64,000 nt of DNA, from assembly GCA_036310185.1 (NCBI GenBank), contig JAXJSH010000070.1, positions 59,865-123,864 of the forward strand. Reading direction: 5' to 3'. Numbering within the stretch: the first letter of the stretch is position 1; every line of letters begins with the position of its first letter. The DNA is from Lachnospiraceae bacterium (GTDB lineage: Bacteria; Bacillota; Clostridia; Lachnospirales; Lachnospiraceae). This document shows, one piece after another, positions 61,194-64,000 of the stretch. The notes under the pieces are model-generated. The model was not told the DNA's origin. It was given only the letters and a program-made list of their open reading frames with translations, and searched no databases. The position numbers and the translations under genes are program-made.

Positions 61194-62351
61194 TTAATGG
61201 GCACGATAACGGCGCAGCATCGGAAGCACCTTTTTCAAAACCGAAATCACTTCATCTACTTCTTCTTTTGTGTTTTCTTCGGTAAAACTGAAACGCACGG
61301 AGCTGTCCATTTCTTCGTTTTTTGCGCCAATGGCGGAAAGGGACGGGCTTTTAGACCGTTTGTGTGTAGAGCATGCACTGCCCGCAGACACATAAATCTG
61401 ATGATCCTCCAGCGTATGAAGCAATACTTCACTGCCTACGCCAACAAAAGAGACATTGATAATATGCGGCGCGCTCCTGCTTCGGTCTGTGGTTCCGTGA
61501 ATCACCACATTCTCGATTGTACCGAGCTGTTCAATCATATATTCTTTCAGTTCATATAATGCTGCATTTTTCTCTTCACGGTTCTCATAGATTTCTCTGG
61601 CCGCCTGTGCTAAGCCTGCTGCTCCCGGAACATTGTCCGTACCGGAACGCATGCCTCTCTGCTGTCCCCCCCCATGAATGATCGGTGCAACTTTTGCCTT
61701 TTCGCTCATGTATAAAAGACCTGCGCCTTTTGGTCCATGAATTTTATGACCGCTGGCAGACATAAGATCAATTCCCATTCGTTTTGGATAAATCTGATAT
61801 TTTCCAAAGGCCTGAATCGCATCCACATGATACAGTGCTTTGGGACATTTTCGATGAATCAGCCGGGCAATATCTTCTATCGGCTGAACAGCACCCATCT
61901 CATTATTTACATACATGGTTGAGACCAAAATGGTCTGATCTGTCAGAGCCGCTTCCAGTTCTTCCAAAGAAATCTGACCATTTTTGTCCACCCCGAGACG
62001 GGTCACTTCAAATCCCTGCTCTTCCAGAAAACGAAGGGGTTCGGACACTGCCGGATGTTCAATCGCTGTGGTTATAATATGATTGCCGCTCCTCTTATTG
62101 GCAAGTGCAGTTCCTATCAGTGCCCAGTTGTTGGATTCGGTACCGCCTGAAGTAAAATAAATCTCTTTTTCATTTACTTTCAGTATCTTTGCCAATGTCT
62201 GTGCAGCTTCTTTTACATATTTTTCGCCTTCTACACCTTTCTGGTGCATGGATGACGGATTCCCGAAATCTACCATCATTACTTTTACAACCACATCACG
62301 AACGGACTCATAGCATCTGGTTGTGGCTGAATTGTCAAAATATATTTCCAT
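61194..62351 (-). CDS. Cysteine desulfurase (NifS/IscS-like, ThiI partner)
   Basis: Start re-set to MEIYFDNSATT. PLP lysine region SASGHKIHGPKG and active-site SAGSACS. Confidence 0.9.
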   Translation of the reverse strand: MEIYFDNSATTRCYESVRDVVVKVMMVDFGNPSSMHQKGVEGEKYVKEAAQTLAKILKVNEKEIYFTSGGTESNNWALIGTALANKRSGNHIITTAIEHPAVSEPLRFLEEQGFEVTRLGVDKNGQISLEELEAALTDQTILVSTMYVNNEMGAVQPIEDIARLIHRKCPKALYHVDAIQAFGKYQIYPKRMGIDLMSASGHKIHGPKGAGLLYMSEKAKVAPIIHGGGQQRGMRSGTDNVPGAAGLAQAAREIYENREEKNAALYELKEYMIEQLGTIENVVIHGTTDRSRSAPHIINVSFVGVGSEVLLHTLEDHQIYVSAGSACSTHKRSKSPSLSAIGAKNEEMDSSVRFSFTEENTKEEVDEVISVLKKVLPMLRRYRAH

Positions 62352-62584
62352 TTTTATACCTTTATCTCTATTTTTTCTGTTCATCTGTTTTACATATTGT
62401 ATAGTTTTGCAATTTTTAATTATATCACAAGTCCTCCAAATATGGTAGAATTACTTTGAGCAGATGACAGAATTAAAGCGGAAATAGATTTTTCACTTCA
62501 GCGAATTAAATTATCTGCGCCAACCGTTCAGAAGAATTGTTCCTATCTGAAAATAAAATTACTGAAAATATGAGGTTTAAAAAA

Positions 62585-63322
62585 ATGAATTATAAAATGA
62601 TCTTGCAATATGATGGCACCAGATACAATGGATGGCAGCGTCAGAAAGCCACCGACAATACCATTCAGGGCAAACTGGAAGGGATCCTGACAAAAATGTC
62701 CGGTCAGCCCATAGAAATTCACGGAGCAGGACGTACCGATGCCGGCGTGCATGCGCGCGGACAGGTTGCCCATTTCTCACTTGACACCCATATGACACCG
62801 GATCAGATAAAAAACTACATCAACGAATACCTTCCGGATGACATCGGGGTGCTGAAGCTGACTGAGGCTTCTCCCCGTTTTCACAGCCGTTTAAACGCCA
62901 TTGGAAAAGTATATCAGTATCGCATCGGCAAGAGCCGGGCCACAAACGTTTTTGATCGCAAATATGTTTATATCCACCCGGAAACTCTTGATGTCAGACA
63001 GATGAAATCGGCCAGTGCATATCTGCTTGGCAAACATGACTTTAAAAGTTTCTGCGGCAACCCACGAATGAAAAAATCCACGGTCCGCACGATTCACTCC
63101 ATTCAGATTGAGGAGACAGAATCCGAAATCAAGATCACCTATTCCGGCAACGGTTTTCTTCAGTATATGATTCGAATCCTGACCGGAACATTGATCGAAG
63201 TGGGCGAAGGCAAACGCACCCCGGAATCCATCCCGGAACTTATCGCCTGCCTGGATCGCAGTCAGGCAGGTGTCACCGCACCGGCATGCGGATTAACTTT
63301 ATTAGAAGTAAAATACGATTAA
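62585..63322 (+). CDS. truA: tRNA pseudouridine(38-40) synthase
   Basis: Start re-set to MNYKMILQYDGTRYNGWQRQ. Catalytic motif GAGRTDAGVHA. An alternative start at 62570 is possible. Confidence 0.9.
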   Translation: MNYKMILQYDGTRYNGWQRQKATDNTIQGKLEGILTKMSGQPIEIHGAGRTDAGVHARGQVAHFSLDTHMTPDQIKNYINEYLPDDIGVLKLTEASPRFHSRLNAIGKVYQYRIGKSRATNVFDRKYVYIHPETLDVRQMKSASAYLLGKHDFKSFCGNPRMKKSTVRTIHSIQIEETESEIKITYSGNGFLQYMIRILTGTLIEVGEGKRTPESIPELIACLDRSQAGVTAPACGLTLLEVKYD

Positions 63323-63449
63323 CCCTGCTTTCAAATCCCTTTTTAAATATATGCAAAATGGTGCAGAATCTCACAATTCCACACCATTTTACCAGCAATA
63401 CATTTAACACATATTCTGCATACTGTTTTTAAATATGCCCTATACCCTC

Positions 63450-64000
63450 TCACTGTTCCAGATGATACATCAATATTGATAATACCGTAAACCCGGCGGT
63501 CTCTGTTCTCAGAATTCTCTTTCCAAGTGTAATCGGCTGAAATCCCATATCCATGGCCGCCTGGATTTCCTCTTCCTCAAAGCCGCCCTCCGGGCCGATA
63601 AAGACAGCAATGGACTGTCCCGGTTCAATGGCACCAATCTGCTCCCGCGCAGCGTCCATACCTTTTGCCAGCTCATATGGAATCAGTTTCACATCCATTT
63701 CAGCCGCATATTTCAATGCCTCTGGAAACTTCAAAACAGAATGCACCTGCGGAATATACATGCGTTTGGACTGCTTCGCGGCACTCTCGGAAATCCCCTG
63801 CCATCGCCTGATTTTGGATGTTTCTTTTTTTGCATCCAGCTTTACCACGCAGCGGGAAGATGCCACCGGAATGATTTCAGCAGCGCCCAGCTCGACGGCT
63901 TTTTGTATAATCAGTTCCATTTTATCACTTTTCGGCAGGCACTGAAATAAATATACTTTTGAAGGCAGTTCAAGCCCGGCCTCTTCCACAAACATAATTT
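63450..64000 (-). CDS. rsmE: 16S rRNA (uracil1498-N3)-methyltransferase RsmE, C-terminal part (N-terminus beyond window end)
   Basis: SPOUT-domain pattern LFQCLPKSDKMELIIQKAVELGAAEIIP...IGPEGGF..EE. The frame stays open to position 64000, and the usual N-terminal PUA-like domain is missing. Confidence 0.8.
   Translation of the reverse strand, partial: IMFVEEAGLELPSKVYLFQCLPKSDKMELIIQKAVELGAAEIIPVASSRCVVKLDAKKETSKIRRWQGISESAAKQSKRMYIPQVHSVLKFPEALKYAAEMDVKLIPYELAKGMDAAREQIGAIEPGQSIAVFIGPEGGFEEEEIQAAMDMGFQPITLGKRILRTETAGFTVLSILMYHLEQ

Noticed and set aside
59700-61559. A very long (619 aa) plus-strand ORF spanning the thiI and cysteine desulfurase region.
   Set aside because: - It is fully antisense to two genes with clear family motifs (PP-loop SGGIDSP, PLP-Lys SGHKIHG).
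- Its translation is a low-complexity F/C/H/I-rich string with no motifs and no RBS.
- This is a typical shadow ORF of a codon-biased gene.

Overview
This is a gene-dense chromosomal segment from a Firmicute, most likely a Clostridia (Lachnospiraceae-like) genome. Lineage markers are polC, codY, sigK, an exact CIRCE element in front of groES-groEL, csoR-copA and the IreB/RuvX/DUF1292/RNase J block. I call about 60 protein genes, roughly 85% on the minus strand, plus two identical tandem tRNA-Gly(GCC) genes. I saw no rRNA, CRISPR array, transposase or integrase.

Gene order, left to right:
- polC (5' part, runs off the window) and ispG
- ilvE
- thyA and folA
- acyP
- csoR-copA
- a glpK-glpF-G3P dehydrogenase-oxidoreductase-DUF1667 operon that ends in a Cys-rich tandem-repeat micro-ORF
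- ahpC plus a stand-alone AhpF-N-terminal-like protein
- a LacI-malQ-sugar ABC cluster
- pstSCAB-phoU-response regulator-histidine kinase
- an alpha/beta hydrolase, mscL and rpiB
- 2x tRNA-Gly
- a nitroreductase and pepF
- a GntR(YtrA-type)-ABC operon
- an AT-rich two-gene insertion (39.0-40.9 kb)
- a cell-wall amidase, guaB, groESL, codY, topA, dprA, comM and sigK
- U32 peptidase / O-methyltransferase / short MltG-like protein, and RNase J
- DUF1292, ruvX, ireB and mtaB
- an HPr-like protein, thiI, a cysteine desulfurase, truA and rsmE (partial)

The stand-out is the AT-rich insertion. It is a translationally coupled pair with its own near-consensus promoter: an ABC/SMC-fold ATPase (435 aa) and a 180-aa protein with a PD-(D/E)xK-like D...ExK motif. 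This matches the ATPase-plus-nuclease logic of phage-defence pairs, but the effector does not look like HNH or Toprim.

Several ORF-track starts are over-extended. I re-set them using RBS position and gene-overlap logic. All function calls come from motif and family recognition by eye. No database search was run.
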